Virus record (IMG/VR): IMGVR_UViG_3300027933_000001
Location: 1-45,185 of that record
Direction: 5' to 3' (one strand)
DNA length: 45,185 nucleotides
Shown: positions 20,622-31,480 of the stretch, in pieces
Position numbering within the stretch: position 1 is the first letter of the stretch
Layout: every line of letters begins with the position of its first letter
Translations under genes and position numbers: made by a program
Notes under the pieces: model-generated
The model's input: only the letters and a program-made list of their open reading frames with translations
Databases searched by the model: none
What the model was told of the DNA's origin: nothing

Positions 20622-22835
20622 ATGCAAAAGAAATTAGTTTATGCAGTCATACTATTCTCTTTCCTGCTTCTATTATTATTTTCGTTAAATTCTACTGCAG
20701 TAAGCTATCAAATACAAATAACAGTAAATGCCCCTTCATCGTTATCTGGTAGCGATATAATATTATTTGACCCACTTCCATCAAGTGCAAATATACAAAG
20801 CCAATATTATGTTATAAACCAGTGCGGGTACTATGTCGATAGTTACCTGTTTTCAACATATCCGCCATACTTAGTATACTATATAGCTGGGTTAAATAAC
20901 GAGTCATTATTACTAACATATGGAACTGGAGTAACTAGTGAATATGTTACGTGTAACGTGTTTAGTAACCTATTTACATTCTATATATTAAACACCACAC
21001 TTTGGAACGCAACTAATGTCCAGGCTGATGGTCTGCTTACAATGGGTAATAATTCGCATCTCTATTTCCAGTCGTCTATTAGCCGTTATATTTCCAGCTC
21101 TGTCGTGTTTATGTATAACATCCTTCCTTCCTCAGTGTCTGCCAATAATTTTTACGAGGTAGTTAATGTAAAGCCTGGTACTGGAATATTCTTCGATTAT
21201 TTACAGACTCCACAAAAAGTGAAAATACCTTCTTATTACATATTCTCTGGTAAGTACGAAACTATATTCACAAATTGTATACTAAGCAATAATTTTGATG
21301 TAGAACAGAGCGGATTTGTAAAGGTAAATAATGCAGAATTATACACGAAATTAACATGCTTTGTTAAAATAAACGAAGAGGGTAAATGTACTATAGTATG
21401 CGGTACAGTAATTCAGGGATCCCCATCGGAAAAGCCGTGCTGTAATATTTCTACCAATCTTATTGCAGTATATTACTGCAAGCCTTCATGTTCCTCATAC
21501 ATAGAGGGTAAAGCAAGTGTAATATTTACGCCCTCATTAATAGAAGGAAATTGTTTTTATGCATACGAGAACGGAAAAATGGTAAACCTTGGGAAGGTGG
21601 TATGCAACGTTGTGGTCTCATCTAAACCTAAGATCTTTGTAGTATGCTGTGCGTTCAATACATCATGTGTAAGAATATTCGGCATACCAGTAGGTAGTAA
21701 GGTTATTATATCGTATTCAAACGGTACGTCTGAATGCATATATGTCTCTAATAAGGTAAATAATGTTGGGATAGCTGAAGATAATTTGGTAATAGGTTAT
21801 GGTAGCGGTATTTCGAACATATTAATTTACCCTCCATGTTCCAACATTAAATATGACGCAAAGATAGGGTTCACCGATTTTGTGCATGTATACTATGTTA
21901 ACATTTGTAACGGCAAAGCGTATTTATGTGTTAACGGCACTGTATTAACTTCACTAGGAAATGTTACTTTTCCAGCCGACGTAGTTATAGGTGTACAAGG
22001 AGTAGGAAACACGCAGTATCTTCTAGTTCAAATAGTAACAGATCACGGTGTTACCCAATTCATTTCTGCATCACCTTATACAATTTACAACGTAGTTCCG
22101 TACGTTCATTATGTAACGTATAGTAACACTCCTCTAGTTATTAGTAAGATAGGTGTCACTCTAGCAACTGGCTTATATGATGAAATAAGTGGAATAATAA
22201 AGACCTCTGTCACTTCTCCGTTCCAAGCATGTTCCGCAATAATAAACGGAATAACAAGTCCTGGGTTAGTAGTTTGTTACTCTCACGGCAAACTTACGTG
22301 TTACCATGTTTCTAACTCCTCTTCTTCACTTATATTGAAGGGTATGGACGGTGACTCAGTAACTTTAGTTTACCAAAACGTCCAGGAGCAATTCATCGTG
22401 TCTTCGTGCTTCTACCCGTTGAATATACCTTCTAATACGCCGTTTGTACTGGCAATATCGCCTACAAGTAGGTCAGTAACAATAGATGCTAACGGTATAC
22501 AAACCTCTCAGCCTTATGTTAACAAACTAGTTAACCTCAATTCAACTAAGGTTAATAGTAGTACATCACTTACGCCACCACCAATTAAGAACCCGTTCAG
22601 TATAAGTATCAATTCAAACCAGCTTATGGATATAATAATTTACTATATAGGTGGTGGTATTGCGATATATCTTATCAACAGGAACTATAACATAACTGGA
22701 GTCCTATGGTACGGGTTAATGATATGGAGCCTACTTAGTATAGCACTTTCGTTAATGTTCGGGTTTTATGCATTGCTACCTGGTGCAGTGTTCGGTTTCG
22801 CTTTAGCATATGTCGCGAAATACCTCAACCGCTAA
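20622..22835 (+). CDS. Large Cys-rich membrane-anchored virion/surface protein
   Basis: Signal peptide, beta-rich body, many sequons, C-terminal TM helices. Confidence 0.8.
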   Translation: MQKKLVYAVILFSFLLLLLFSLNSTAVSYQIQITVNAPSSLSGSDIILFDPLPSSANIQSQYYVINQCGYYVDSYLFSTYPPYLVYYIAGLNNESLLLTYGTGVTSEYVTCNVFSNLFTFYILNTTLWNATNVQADGLLTMGNNSHLYFQSSISRYISSSVVFMYNILPSSVSANNFYEVVNVKPGTGIFFDYLQTPQKVKIPSYYIFSGKYETIFTNCILSNNFDVEQSGFVKVNNAELYTKLTCFVKINEEGKCTIVCGTVIQGSPSEKPCCNISTNLIAVYYCKPSCSSYIEGKASVIFTPSLIEGNCFYAYENGKMVNLGKVVCNVVVSSKPKIFVVCCAFNTSCVRIFGIPVGSKVIISYSNGTSECIYVSNKVNNVGIAEDNLVIGYGSGISNILIYPPCSNIKYDAKIGFTDFVHVYYVNICNGKAYLCVNGTVLTSLGNVTFPADVVIGVQGVGNTQYLLVQIVTDHGVTQFISASPYTIYNVVPYVHYVTYSNTPLVISKIGVTLATGLYDEISGIIKTSVTSPFQACSAIINGITSPGLVVCYSHGKLTCYHVSNSSSSLILKGMDGDSVTLVYQNVQEQFIVSSCFYPLNIPSNTPFVLAISPTSRSVTIDANGIQTSQPYVNKLVNLNSTKVNSSTSLTPPPIKNPFSISINSNQLMDIIIYYIGGGIAIYLINRNYNITGVLWYGLMIWSLLSIALSLMFGFYALLPGAVFGFALAYVAKYLNR

Positions 22836-23006
22836 CGAGGTTTACTACATATCTATTTTTAAACGAAGAATTTGTTTTCATAATGAAGGCAAATGAATAG
22901 GTCAAGCAATCAGGTAAAACCTCCAACACACATGCTATTCATAGTCTATGCGATCCACATAGTATACTATAATTTACTGCTAAGCATGATACTCAAAGCG
23001 AGGTCG

Positions 23007-23393
23007 ATGTTTGCCAACAAGTACCATAACTACCTAGCAACGATAAGAGCGAGACTTATATATTCCACTAATGGTGGAGATAATGGCGACGTAAAGAGCC
23101 ATATCGAGACTGTAAAAACAGTTGCTGTAGTTGTTGGTGCTTTAGTAATAATCTTCGTCATGGTATTCTTCGTTTCTGGATTCCTTGGAATACAATTGCT
23201 GAGCGAAATTAATCCATCCTCATACTCTCCAGGATCAGCACAGTATAACTTAAGCACTGCAGTAGTACACGGAATAACGGGGTCGATAAACAATTTGCCA
23301 ACAGTTGAGGACGTACTATTCACAGTAGTAATAATAGCTGTAATATTCCTATTAGTAGGAATAATATTCCAGAAGTTCAACGTAAAATTCTAA
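23007..23393 (+). CDS. Candidate spindle-virus hydrophobic hairpin capsid protein
   Basis: GAGGT RBS before ATG 23007; polar leader, then helix / sequon loop (NLS) / helix ending in basic residues, like fusellovirus VP1 architecture. Confidence 0.6.
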   Translation: MFANKYHNYLATIRARLIYSTNGGDNGDVKSHIETVKTVAVVVGALVIIFVMVFFVSGFLGIQLLSEINPSSYSPGSAQYNLSTAVVHGITGSINNLPTVEDVLFTVVIIAVIFLLVGIIFQKFNVKF

Positions 23394-23462
23394 AGGTAAA
23401 TTTTTTGTATTTTCTTTCCACTCCATCTCTCCTTATATACTTCTATATAAATTTTCTAAACC

Positions 23463-23834
23463 ATGGAAGCAGTACTCTCATCGATACGTGAAATAAACAT
23501 CAGTTTAAACCAATTTTATGTCATACTCAAATGCTTCTCAAAACGTGGTGAATACTCAATAAGGAAAATTAGGAAAAAGATAAAGAATCTGTTAAAGGAC
23601 ATTATACCTCATGACGATTTTAACAGAGCTTATAGAGTAGAGTTCATACAGCAGAATAGGAAGGAGTTGGCATTGAAGTTCCTGCTTAAATTTAAGGGTG
23701 AAGTGCCGATACTCAAGATCCATACGTTTTGTTATACAATTGTAATATCTGTAGTAAACATAAGGATAAGTGGTAAGGGTGGCGAGAAATCTGTTTATAT
23801 GCAAGTAAAACTCGACTATATTTATGGAAGTTAA
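23463..23834 (+). CDS. Hypothetical basic protein
   Basis: 123-aa ORF overlapping next start. Confidence 0.7.
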   Translation: MEAVLSSIREINISLNQFYVILKCFSKRGEYSIRKIRKKIKNLLKDIIPHDDFNRAYRVEFIQQNRKELALKFLLKFKGEVPILKIHTFCYTIVISVVNIRISGKGGEKSVYMQVKLDYIYGS

Positions 23835-24819
23835 AATCGGAGATTTTGTAATTCAGGACAGGGATCCAGATAAGGGATTTCTTTATGTAGATTATGAAAA
23901 TGCGATGGGAGGAAAACTGTTAAGATATTTGGATTATCTTTATACTTCCCTAAGAAGCGGTGAGTTGAGCATTTTAATCACTCCTGGATTTGTGGCAAAG
24001 AACGGCGAAATAGTTCCTTCTCTTACGCCGTTTGTAAGGATGTGTTTTCAGGGGTATAGAAAGAGGATACAAGTACAGAGGTTAGTTGTTGTAGTAGGCG
24101 GTCAGGGAGTTGGAAAGTCTGTACTGGCAATTAAGGCTGGTGCTAATATCTATGCACTCAACGATATGAACGAAAACCTTCCTGTAGAGGAAAGGTTCAT
24201 TAATTACATTATAACTCTGTATCATATCGGCATTGACCCAATAGAGTTGAATAATTTTATAGAATTCCTTAAGGAGCATGGGCTAAGGTCTCCTTATTAT
24301 ATAATAGACGACGCTCAGTTATTGTTCTCCACTAACGTATACTTTACAAATAGGGATTTGTACGTCCATACATCTAACCTATTAACATTGATAAGGAGCA
24401 ATATAATGACGTTGGTTATGACTCTTCCTACAGACATTGCCGTGTTGAACTCAACAATTAAGAGAATGGAAGGAATAATACTAACGAAAGTTAATGATAT
24501 AGATAGGTTCACTGGGATAGCACTAGGTGTTAGCAGTTATGATTACAGCAGATACAGGATGTATACAAAAACTAGCAGAAACCGTTTCGTTAGTTATTAT
24601 GTTGAGTATAACGAACTTGACGCAAACGGTAACGTTATACCTTATAAGTCAAGGGAAGGAATATTTTCCAAGTATTTACCAGATAATATTTACAATATTT
24701 ATAATACTATTAGGGAAAACTACATTACACTTATACAGTCCTTATCGAGGAAGAGAATAAATGTGGGTAAAAGTAGAGAAGGAGGAGATGGAGAAAGCCT
24801 TATCGATGATAAAGAGTAA
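23824..24819 (+). CDS. P-loop ATPase
   Basis: Walker A GGQGVGKS; Walker B YIIDD. Confidence 0.85.
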   Translation: MEVKIGDFVIQDRDPDKGFLYVDYENAMGGKLLRYLDYLYTSLRSGELSILITPGFVAKNGEIVPSLTPFVRMCFQGYRKRIQVQRLVVVVGGQGVGKSVLAIKAGANIYALNDMNENLPVEERFINYIITLYHIGIDPIELNNFIEFLKEHGLRSPYYIIDDAQLLFSTNVYFTNRDLYVHTSNLLTLIRSNIMTLVMTLPTDIAVLNSTIKRMEGIILTKVNDIDRFTGIALGVSSYDYSRYRMYTKTSRNRFVSYYVEYNELDANGNVIPYKSREGIFSKYLPDNIYNIYNTIRENYITLIQSLSRKRINVGKSREGGDGESLIDDKE

Positions 24820-25858
24820 GTACAGAATTGACGACACTGTTGCAGAACTTATAGCAGACGTTTTCTTCATACTAAAAGGTAAGGAAGTTACAGAAGAAGG
24901 GAAAAAACTCGTTGAAAAGATAAATGAATTCTTCAGGGAGAATGAAGAAATACTACGTGTTATATTAGAGAGCGAACTACCAGACGATTACCTGATTAGA
25001 ATATCCGCATTAATAATACTCAGTTTGAAAGGAGGAAAGAAGGGAGATGCGTATGGAATGATACAGGAAGTAATAAACAAATACCACGAACAAAAGAAGA
25101 CCGCTTATGTTCTGTATAAGTATTCTGGAGTTTTTATCAGCCCACAAAAACTTGAGAAGATACCTAACGTTAAAGACATAGTGAGAGGATTGAAAATAAT
25201 AGAAGGAAGCATAGGTAGTAACACAAAAATAAACGGAATTTACCCAGGTTTTGAGGGATTAGATTTCACACAAAACTTTTACGAAGCAAATAGAAATGAG
25301 AAGGCACTTGCACTTATAGACGATGATATATTAATATATAAGCTACTCAACGGGTTCAAAAAATATCCAGGATATTCTAAAGGTTTCCCATCCGTATATG
25401 TGCTTATAGATTCTTCACAGAGCATGTCTGCACTTAATAGATTAAGTACTGCAAAGGCAATAGCTCTTGCAGTAGTTAAGAATTCTTTGATAAATAAATA
25501 TAAAGTAAGAGTAGGTTTCTTTAACGAGGCATTAAGGGAAATAATTGAACTTAAAACTCAGGAATCTTTAGAAAGATTTCTAAAAATAGAAGCAGAAGGT
25601 GTCACTGATATAGAATACTCATTGTCACAATTTATTGAAATAGCCGAACCTGCAAGTTCAGTCCTTCTAATAACCGACGCATTAGACGAAATAAGCGGAA
25701 ACATTATTACAAAACTCAAGGCAAAAAGGATAATACTCAACGTAATACAGCTCTTCGGGATTTACAACGAAAGGTTAGTTACAATAACTAAAAGCACTGG
25801 CGGTCTTTATATCGTCGTCAACGATTTAAAAGAGTTGAAAGAAAAAATAATAATATGA
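24761..25858 (+). CDS. von Willebrand factor A domain protein
   Basis: MIDAS DSSQS, GVTD, LLITD. Confidence 0.88.
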   Translation: MWVKVEKEEMEKALSMIKSKYRIDDTVAELIADVFFILKGKEVTEEGKKLVEKINEFFRENEEILRVILESELPDDYLIRISALIILSLKGGKKGDAYGMIQEVINKYHEQKKTAYVLYKYSGVFISPQKLEKIPNVKDIVRGLKIIEGSIGSNTKINGIYPGFEGLDFTQNFYEANRNEKALALIDDDILIYKLLNGFKKYPGYSKGFPSVYVLIDSSQSMSALNRLSTAKAIALAVVKNSLINKYKVRVGFFNEALREIIELKTQESLERFLKIEAEGVTDIEYSLSQFIEIAEPASSVLLITDALDEISGNIITKLKAKRIILNVIQLFGIYNERLVTITKSTGGLYIVVNDLKELKEKIII

Positions 25859-26253
25859 GCAACACCTTTGTAAGGACAAAAAAGCTTGTAATTTGTCCTA
25901 TATGCGAGCAAACAAAATACGAGCAAAGAATAATATTCAAAAATGAGCAAAGAATTGATGTTGCAGTATATTTCCAAAAAGTGCCAAAATATGTTAGAGT
26001 ATACTTACCAATAGTAGGACTAATAACTAATGTTTACCTATCAGACGCGTTATTTATTACTATATCCCCCTATAAAGAAATAACTTCAAAAACAAGAGTA
26101 CTGGTAAACCCTTCTTTTCCGCTAACTACCGTGCTTAACGAAGGAAATAATATATTACGTTTAGTGTTCGGAACTAAAGAAACCACATTGCCTGGAGTAT
26201 ACATAGTTAAAAAAGAGCTACCTACGAGCATAATTCTAGAAAAAGTGTTCTAA
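25855..26253 (+). CDS. Hypothetical protein with CxxC
   Basis: ATGA overlap with vWA gene. Confidence 0.7.
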   Translation: MSNTFVRTKKLVICPICEQTKYEQRIIFKNEQRIDVAVYFQKVPKYVRVYLPIVGLITNVYLSDALFITISPYKEITSKTRVLVNPSFPLTTVLNEGNNILRLVFGTKETTLPGVYIVKKELPTSIILEKVF

Positions 26254-26402
26254 CCTTTTGCTCTAGAAGGGGCAAAGGTTTGTCGTCCGTTATCACAGCT
26301 GTGATTGCAAAAAGATGGGTTAGTAACGCAGTTCAAAGCGGAGGAAGTCAGCACACTTTTAGCACTTTTAGATTTTTTAGCCAGACTGCAGATCTTAAGA
26401 TT

Positions 26403-29400
26403 ATGAACAGGAAGAAAGTACTTGTTGGTATCCTATTCCTGTTATTCCTGATTGAATTAACACCAACAATCATCACTAATTCACAAACACCACCTTCAGC
26501 TTCAGCATACGTATCACCAATAAGCGTCACGTCGAACCCGTTCATCTTGAATACGACGTTACCAGCGATAAACCAGCTAGGCTCAAACATACGTTTCTTC
26601 CAGTACCCTAACTTGACGGGACAGCTGTACGCATATGAACAACAACTACCGCAAACGACACCAACTGTTGATAGTGTTGAGTCTACAGCCTGGAAAGTGT
26701 TTCCTTACTGGCAAAACGGCGAACTGGTGATAAACACTCTTCCTCATTCTGTATCCGTAACAGTGTCAAACTCGCAATCAATCGCTACTCCAGCACCTTT
26801 CGACCAGTTTCTGAACATAACAGAGTCACAAATAGCTTCAGCTTTAGGTTCAACTACTGCATCTCAGTTATGGCAACAAGCAATGTCAGACCATTTTCTC
26901 AATTTATTATTTAAGCAAAACGGACAAACACTTTATGCTTGGGTACAAAATTACACTGCGTCGTGGGTAGCAGTGTGGGTAAAACTACCTAACTGTATAC
27001 CTGCGTCATCTTCAGCTACAATAAACATCTGTTTCACTAACTCCATTCAATACCCTTACACTGGGATCTATTCAGCTGTCTATCCAGGTTACGATAACGG
27101 TGCAGATGTGTTCACTCAGTACGGCTACTTTGGGAACCAGATACCTAGTGGATGGACAACTGGCGTATATAAAGGATCTTTCAGCCCGACAGCTACAGCA
27201 GACGGGTTGGAGATGGTAAATGATAAAGGTTGCGAGGGGACTTACGTTTATGCATCGTTACCGAATACTAACAGTTATACAGTAATTGTTTCATGGTGGT
27301 ATAAGGGCTGTGGTTGTGCATTAACGCAAGAATTATACGGGAACGTGACAAAGTTGTCACAAGTAGACAGTATAGGATCCACCGCTGGTTGTTACACACC
27401 ATACGCATCTGGAGGTACCGTAGCACAGAACGAATTTTATAAGTCGACTGCATACATTAAAAACGCGTCAAAATCTGTATCAACTTGCTTTGATGGGAAT
27501 GGTGCACATTATGTGACAACATATTTCGCGATCCAGGGTAATACTGAATATTATGGGTACAGTAATCATAGTTCGCCCTTCCAAATAACATTACCATCCA
27601 GCTTTGTGCCTTTCCATTTGATAACGGATAGGACAGAACCAACAGTGTTCATAGGTGCTGGAACTGGAAAAATAGAGACCGTAGACATTAATGGGGTAAT
27701 TCATAGATTTTGTGTGTCTTCTTATATATATCTAGACTTAGTAATCGTGATACCGACACCACCTAATAACGTAATGCCGTCTATAACAAGTGTATCAATT
27801 GCAGGCGTCGGCGGTCAGTATATAGCCTGGAGATATTCCCCAATATCAAATGCCATCAACGTCACCGTCCACGTAACGTCGTTCCCAATACATCATTATA
27901 ATTCTGGTATTGAGATCTTCTCACCTAACGTAGGAGACCAATCAAGCGATAATAATCCTGGGTTTTACGTGTTATTAGTGGACTTCTATGGCAACTCGAT
28001 ATACTTCCACCCCCCAACATCTGGTTGGGAACTACTTTACACTTCTCTACCTCAACCTAACCCTAATTATCCGTTCACAATGAGTGTTATTCTTACTGAG
28101 AATTCAGCGGGTAACGTTACAGTACAGAGCGTATACATTAACGGCACAGCATACTCTATAAATGTCAATACTCAGTTCCCATGGTCACAAGTTGCTTATA
28201 TAGGGGTAAGAGCAGATGCTGGTAACTTATTCTACATTTCCTACTTCGGCGTCTCTCCAGCACCTTATAGTTGTAGTATTGAACAATTTGTAAACAGCGT
28301 GGAGTCTACAGCCTGGAAAGTGCTACCTTACTGGGAAAATGGTCAACTTGTTGTGAACAGTACGGGAGCAAGTAATGCTGGTCAGTACATAGCATGGAGA
28401 TATTCACCAGTAAGTAACGTCATCAACGTCACCATCCATGTAACAAGTTATCCTAGTGGTATACAAAGTTTCCCAGGTATCGTAGTTTATTCCTCTAACA
28501 TCGGAGACCAAACTAGTGATAATAATGTGAACAATTTCCAGGGTCTCCTAGTGACGTTTAGTGGTAATATTTACTATCATTCTACGACGTCAGGGTATAC
28601 ACTCCTGAAGAGTTCGGCGTTTCCCACACCTTCTACATCCTACCCGTTCATCTTCACCGTCATCTTGACTGAGAACAGTGCTGGTAACATTACTGTGTCT
28701 ACTGTATACATTAACTCAACGGCTTACACAGTAAATGTAAACACTCCTTACCCATGGAGTCAGATAGGCTATGTAGGGATAAGAGCGGATTCTGGTAACT
28801 TATTCTACGTTTCTTATTTCAGCGTCACACAGCTGTTAGACGCATACTCTCTTGTTACTAACCCTACCACGCCTTACACTGGCACAGTTTACGTAGCAGT
28901 CTTCCCCTACCCCATCAGCTACGACGTTTACGTATCACCAGCACCGATTGTAAGCTCTCAGTCTCCCCTCCACATGTTCTCACCTTCATTTACTTTAACC
29001 ACTACGCTCTACCCAGTGGTTTCAACTAGCACGAGTAGCGGTACCGTTAATGTCATCCCTTCGATAGGTGCGTGGACTTCCACGAATACATCGTTATTCC
29101 TAACTACGCTAGCTGTAGGGAACCAGATTTATGCGAATATACCTATGGTTGAAAGTATAAGTTGGAAAATCTACCCATATTGGCAGGATGGTCAACTTGT
29201 TGTGAACAGTACGGGAGCAAGTAATGCTGGTCAGTACATAGCATGGAGATATTCACCAGTAAGTAACGTCATCAACGTCACCATCCATGTAACAAGTTAT
29301 CCTAGTGGTATACAAAGTTTCCCAGGTATCGTAGTTTATTCCTCTAACATCGGAGACCAAACTAGTGATAATAATGTGAACAATTTCCAGGGTCTCCTAG

Positions 29401-30767
29401 TGACGTTTAGTGGTAATATTTACTATCATTCTACGACGTCAGGGTATACACTCCTGAAGAGTTCGGCGTTTCCCACACCTTCTACATCCTACCCGTTCAT
29501 CTTCACCGTCATCTTGACTGAGAACAGTGCTGGTAACATTACTGTGTCTACTGTATACATTAACTCAACGGCTTACACAGTAAATGTAAACACTCCTTAC
29601 CCATGGAGTCAGATAGGCTACATAGGGATAAGAGGCGATACTAGTGACTTATTCTACGTTTCCTACTTCGGCGTCAACTCAATTCCTTTAGTCACACAAA
29701 GAGGTGCAACTAATGTAAATACATTCTACTCTCCGTATTCTCTCAATTATATAATTAATGAGACTGTAGTATGCGTATGTAAAACTAAATTATCTTCTGG
29801 ATTTAATAGCATAGTTATATCTGGCTCTGGTTTTGTTGCAAGCAGTTTTGCATATGTTAATACTACTTCAAAGTCTGCAGTGTTAGTAATATTGAACTGT
29901 CCTTACGTGATATTTGATGCGACTTCTAATGGGTTTGAGATAGATGCACCTAGACATTCGGAGATAGTCACAGACACGGGTATGCCACAAAGCGGGTCTT
30001 TTGTATATGAAGACCCTACTATAATACTTTGTTCTGCAAGTACGTTTGTCTTGCCTTCTTATATTACTACTGCACCACCTCCTCCATCATCAACACCTTC
30101 TACTACATCACCTTCTACTACTGCACAATCTACTCCATCATCCTCATGTGTAGTCATAGAGCCTAACAGTATGAGAATAGAATATAACGGAAGTCTAAGT
30201 TTGACTATGGACATACCTACGTACCCAGAAATTGTAAAATATAATAATGTAATATACGCTTTGCCTTTCACTAATTCATCTGGTGCGTACTTCTATCTAT
30301 ACGATTACAATACGTCTGCCAAATTCAATGTTACTTTCAAAATTACATGTAATGGGAAGACTATAGTAGATGAGACAGTCCCAGTGAATAGCATAGTTAA
30401 GATACCTGTAGTTAATTCTACGTCAATAGTATGCATCTCTGCGTTAAACGAGACTATCAGGTTTACCCTATGTCCTATTCAATTACATAGCTTCTATTGT
30501 AATGTCAAAAAAGCAGTACATAGTGCTTTGAGTGGTACTCCTCTTGCACCTTTCGGCTGTATCCTAGTATTCCTCTTCTTCGGCTCTTTCGCATTATCTG
30601 CATTATTAAGAAACGATCTAAGGCTAATGGGAATGGGAGGTATAACATATGCAGTATTTATTGCCCCTGGATTATTGCAGTTGGGATTCCCATCGCCTAT
30701 AATAGTACCGACTGAGATAGTGTCGTTTGTTATAGGAGTTTATGCGTTATGGATCTCAAACAAGTGA
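26403..30767 (+). CDS. Large surface/adhesin-like protein with DUF2341-like domain and lectin-like repeats
   Basis: Signal peptide from MNRKK (start revised); LYAWVQ..VWVKLP..IPA motif; three ~165-aa repeats; P/S/T linker; C-terminal TM helices. Confidence 0.85.
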   Translation: MNRKKVLVGILFLLFLIELTPTIITNSQTPPSASAYVSPISVTSNPFILNTTLPAINQLGSNIRFFQYPNLTGQLYAYEQQLPQTTPTVDSVESTAWKVFPYWQNGELVINTLPHSVSVTVSNSQSIATPAPFDQFLNITESQIASALGSTTASQLWQQAMSDHFLNLLFKQNGQTLYAWVQNYTASWVAVWVKLPNCIPASSSATINICFTNSIQYPYTGIYSAVYPGYDNGADVFTQYGYFGNQIPSGWTTGVYKGSFSPTATADGLEMVNDKGCEGTYVYASLPNTNSYTVIVSWWYKGCGCALTQELYGNVTKLSQVDSIGSTAGCYTPYASGGTVAQNEFYKSTAYIKNASKSVSTCFDGNGAHYVTTYFAIQGNTEYYGYSNHSSPFQITLPSSFVPFHLITDRTEPTVFIGAGTGKIETVDINGVIHRFCVSSYIYLDLVIVIPTPPNNVMPSITSVSIAGVGGQYIAWRYSPISNAINVTVHVTSFPIHHYNSGIEIFSPNVGDQSSDNNPGFYVLLVDFYGNSIYFHPPTSGWELLYTSLPQPNPNYPFTMSVILTENSAGNVTVQSVYINGTAYSINVNTQFPWSQVAYIGVRADAGNLFYISYFGVSPAPYSCSIEQFVNSVESTAWKVLPYWENGQLVVNSTGASNAGQYIAWRYSPVSNVINVTIHVTSYPSGIQSFPGIVVYSSNIGDQTSDNNVNNFQGLLVTFSGNIYYHSTTSGYTLLKSSAFPTPSTSYPFIFTVILTENSAGNITVSTVYINSTAYTVNVNTPYPWSQIGYVGIRADSGNLFYVSYFSVTQLLDAYSLVTNPTTPYTGTVYVAVFPYPISYDVYVSPAPIVSSQSPLHMFSPSFTLTTTLYPVVSTSTSSGTVNVIPSIGAWTSTNTSLFLTTLAVGNQIYANIPMVESISWKIYPYWQDGQLVVNSTGASNAGQYIAWRYSPVSNVINVTIHVTSYPSGIQSFPGIVVYSSNIGDQTSDNNVNNFQGLLVTFSGNIYYHSTTSGYTLLKSSAFPTPSTSYPFIFTVILTENSAGNITVSTVYINSTAYTVNVNTPYPWSQIGYIGIRGDTSDLFYVSYFGVNSIPLVTQRGATNVNTFYSPYSLNYIINETVVCVCKTKLSSGFNSIVISGSGFVASSFAYVNTTSKSAVLVILNCPYVIFDATSNGFEIDAPRHSEIVTDTGMPQSGSFVYEDPTIILCSASTFVLPSYITTAPPPPSSTPSTTSPSTTAQSTPSSSCVVIEPNSMRIEYNGSLSLTMDIPTYPEIVKYNNVIYALPFTNSSGAYFYLYDYNTSAKFNVTFKITCNGKTIVDETVPVNSIVKIPVVNSTSIVCISALNETIRFTLCPIQLHSFYCNVKKAVHSALSGTPLAPFGCILVFLFFGSFALSALLRNDLRLMGMGGITYAVFIAPGLLQLGFPSPIIVPTEIVSFVIGVYALWISNK
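28339..29620 (+). repeat. ~433-bp direct repeat (28339-28771 and 29188-29620)
   Basis: Copies appear identical; offset 849 bp, in frame. Confidence 0.92.
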
Positions 30768-30849
30768 CCATTTTTTCCTTCTGTTGAAATCACATCTGTG
30801 TTTTCACATAAAGCAAAATCGTTAAATTTGCGTGCTTAAGATTCCAGGC

Positions 30850-31170
30850 ATGAAACTTGCGGTTAAGCTTGAGGACTATATATTGGAGCTACTTGACGCA
30901 TACGCGGAAGAAAACGGTATGACACGTAGCCAAGCACTTAGGGTTGCGTTAAAAGAAGAAATACCTCTTATTAACGAAGATGGTGGAGGAAAGAAGAATA
31001 AGATTGCGATATTCTATGTTACGAAAGATCTTCTTGATCATATTGATAAAATTGCGGAGGAAAATGGAGTTACACGTTCAGAGGTAGTAAGAAATGCAAT
31101 ATTGAAACTAGTTAATGAATATAAAAACAGAATAATACATAGAGGACGAGTAGGGAAGTTAACGCTCTGA
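30850..31170 (+). CDS. Tandem ribbon-helix-helix (CopG-like) regulator
   Basis: LDAYAEENGMTRSQALR and IDKIAEENGVTRSEVVR. Confidence 0.88.
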   Translation: MKLAVKLEDYILELLDAYAEENGMTRSQALRVALKEEIPLINEDGGGKKNKIAIFYVTKDLLDHIDKIAEENGVTRSEVVRNAILKLVNEYKNRIIHRGRVGKLTL

Positions 31171-31347
31171 CGACTTCCTCTCCGTTCTTACATAGAGTAC
31201 TTTTTCATGAATTTTCAATACTCCAGTTCTATCAAATTCTGCTAATGCATCTAAATATTCCTTGTAAGCTTTGATAATATAATCTACCCTGCTGTGCATT
31301 CTCTCTAGGATCTTTTTCTGCTCGTCAGTTAATTTATGCGTCACCAT
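31159..31347 (-). CDS. Small hypothetical protein
   Basis: 62-aa ORF with upstream TATA-like TATATTTAAA. Confidence 0.65.
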   Translation of the reverse strand: MVTHKLTDEQKKILERMHSRVDYIIKAYKEYLDALAEFDRTGVLKIHEKVLYVRTERKSSER

Positions 31348-31480
31348 TTTGAATTCCCTATTAAATGTTATACCTAATTTTTTAAATATAAGGGGTTATC
31401 CATCCTCTGACGAAGCTTTCCGTCACCTTAACTCCCTTTCTTTGTATCTCTGTTTTTAATTATCTCTTTTATTATTCATT

